From a virus: DNA of 62,364 nt. Shown one piece after another: positions 61,110-62,364 of this stretch (within the stretch, counting starts at the first letter, position 1; each line of letters begins with the position of its first letter). The DNA lies in the IMG/VR virus record IMGVR_UViG_3300028831_000121, positions 1-62,364 of that record; one strand, written 5' to 3'. The translations under genes were made by a program, and so were the position numbers. The notes beneath the pieces were generated by a model that had not been told where the DNA came from, ran no database searches, and was given only the letters and a program-made list of their open reading frames with translations.

Positions 61110-61198
61110 AGTGTCTTATCACTGACAACTTAAAAGTAGGAAGTGTGCATATCTTCTTTAAGGGAGAGAAAACTTGTCAGTGTGGGGATAAAACTCGG

Positions 61199-61411
61199 AT
61201 GTTAAGTAATGAAAACCAGAACCGTGCTTCTCAAACTGCTGAGAAGCTAGCGCGCAAAGCGTCGGACAATCTTGAATGGTTTTCCACGAATGAAACCATA
61301 TTACGAAGAATCAGGAATCACGATTTATCAGACACTCAACGAAATGTCTTTAGAAATAGCAGTCTAGGAAAGGCTGGGGGCTTTTGTCCGCATGACCCTA
61401 AAGTTTTATGA
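61199..61411 (+). CDS. Hypothetical protein with NENQN leader (the start may be 61106)
   Basis: MLSNENQNRASQ... The start sits in a cassette copy. Confidence 0.4.
   Translation: MLSNENQNRASQTAEKLARKASDNLEWFSTNETILRRIRNHDLSDTQRNVFRNSSLGKAGGFCPHDPKVL
61208..61223 (+). repeat. ATGAAAACC cassette copy
   Basis: Reads AGTAATGAAAACCAGAACC. The mini-ORF MKTRTVLLKLLRS runs 61209-61250. Confidence 0.65.
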
Positions 61412-61426
61412 GTTTGGAAATTGCAG

Positions 61427-61462
61427 CCCGTCAACCTTGAGATGATTGCAGAGCAACCACGG
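61427..61462 (-). repeat. Bipartite element copy in minus orientation
   Basis: The reverse complement, GGTTGCTCTGCAATCATCTCAAGGTTGACGGG, resembles 35436-35468. It follows the stop at 61411. Confidence 0.5.
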
Positions 61463-61499
61463 AAATGAATGGAGCGAGTTTTTGAGAGTGGAACAATGA

Positions 61500-61808
61500 A
61501 TGCTGTTATTCATCCAAAGCACGGATTGGGCAAGCGTTGCCAAGGTATACGGCCCCCTGGGAGTGTTTTGCCTCATTGCTGTCATCCTGGTTTGGAAAGG
61601 TCTACTCCCGTACATCAAGAGCCAGCACGAGGCACAGGTAGCAGCATTACAAGCAACAATTCAGGATGCCAGGAATGAAAGAGACTACAGCCGGCAGCTC
61701 AGGGAGAAAGAGGTTGACAGATTCTTAGAGTCACTGAAGTTGCGTGACGAGAGAATGGAGAACGGGTTTGATGAGATCGTCCGCGCCCTACAAGACACGC
61801 GAAAATGA
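61500..61808 (+). CDS. TM + coiled-coil protein (i-spanin-like architecture)
   Basis: 102 aa with TM helix LGVFCLIAVILVW followed by a charged helical region. Confidence 0.45.
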   Translation: MLLFIQSTDWASVAKVYGPLGVFCLIAVILVWKGLLPYIKSQHEAQVAALQATIQDARNERDYSRQLREKEVDRFLESLKLRDERMENGFDEIVRALQDTRK

Positions 61809-62215
61809 AACTAATATTCGGGTATCTATGTGCATTCATTTGGCTGTTTCATCTCCTGATGGGAGTCGGAGCGTTCTACTCGGCGCTACGTTTATGGCCG
61901 GCGAGAGAGCATCCAATGATCTGGCGGCTAGGGGTTTATCTTAATGGCTTTCTCTTTGAAGTATTAACGGCGATTATTTTGGTGTTTGTCTCAAAAGGGG
62001 TTGTGTTCACCTGGACGTTTTCGGCGGTAATGTTTCTTGGGACATTCCTTGGTGATGCGGTAAGAGCACCGCTGATTGTTTACTTAATGAAAGGGCCGAA
62101 GGACATGCCGGAGAGCGCAACCAGCGGGCAGATGCCGCCGGAGTTTTGGCGTAAAGAATTTCGTCAAGCTGTAAGAGACGAAACATTGGCAATGAAAGCC
62201 GAAGGGTTATTGTGA
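61805..62215 (+). CDS. Multi-TM membrane protein
   Basis: 136 aa with 3-4 TM helices. ATGA-coupled. Confidence 0.5.
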   Translation: MKLIFGYLCAFIWLFHLLMGVGAFYSALRLWPAREHPMIWRLGVYLNGFLFEVLTAIILVFVSKGVVFTWTFSAVMFLGTFLGDAVRAPLIVYLMKGPKDMPESATSGQMPPEFWRKEFRQAVRDETLAMKAEGLL

Positions 62216-62223
62216 CTGATGCA

Positions 62224-62364
62224 ATGCAAGTGGCGGTAGTGGTTTCGGTGTTTCCAACGATTACCGCGCTGGCGGGGATTCTGCTTGCACACGCTGATAG
62301 AAAGCAGACGAAGGAAGAACTCAAGAAAGTGCACTTATTGATTAACTCTCGCATGGACGCATGG
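62224..62364. repeat. Second copy of the terminal repeat (contains the true start of the 94-aa ORF at 1-285)
   Basis: Identical to 1-141. Confidence 0.95.

Noticed and set aside
1-62364. Diversity-generating retroelement or retron (considered because of the repeats and fibre genes)
   Set aside because: No ORF with reverse-transcriptase motifs (YxDD) was seen anywhere in the window. No template/variable repeat pair with adenine-specific differences was found either.

Overview
The window is a complete, circularly closed phage genome. Bases 1-141 recur exactly at 62224-62364, so the unique length is 62,223 bp, with no host flanks. It looks like a temperate, siphovirus-type tailed phage with a lambda-like layout.

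Late operon (+ strand): it starts after a 660-nt non-coding control region (58.6-59.2 kb). It runs through a lysis cassette (GH24 endolysin, holin-like and lipoprotein genes, many small TM ORFs; 59.2-62.2 kb and across the junction to ~1.2 kb). It continues with small and large terminase, portal, head-morphogenesis protein, prohead protease, HK97-type capsid, head-tail joining genes, tail tube, chaperone, a 954-aa tape measure, a 1556-aa gpL/gpJ-like tip protein and a fibre (to 31.2 kb).

Leftward operon (38.9 -> 31.3 kb): about 22 mostly orphan small genes, including an HD hydrolase, a NinG/YbcO-like nuclease and zinc-finger proteins. It diverges at back-to-back promoters (38.99-39.11 kb) from the rightward early operon.

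Rightward early operon (39.1-58.6 kb): TPR-HTH regulator, cI/Cro-like switch, PD-(D/E)XK nuclease, HNH nucleases, SSB-like protein, iteron-bearing replication initiator, primase-helicase, SNF2 helicase, N6/N4 DNA methyltransferase, large serine integrase and RusA.

Unusual content:
1. Five sugar-modifying enzymes sit inside the head module, a candidate virion glycosylation system.
2. A head-tail adaptor gene appears split by a 2.2-kb fibre cassette flanked by a direct repeat.
3. A TPR-HTH regulator is paired with a divergent small secreted peptide next to the immunity switch, resembling an RRNPP/arbitrium-type architecture.
4. Two families of short repeated modules punctuate gene boundaries in the early regions: an ATGAAAACCAGAAC cassette and a GTTGTTAT/hairpin/GTTGAGTGCTA element.
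5. An opposite-strand gene island interrupts the tail operon.
6. One ORF contains 11 exact 22-aa tandem repeats.

No rRNA, tRNA or CRISPR array was recognisable by eye. All protein family calls come from motifs read in the translations, not from database searches.
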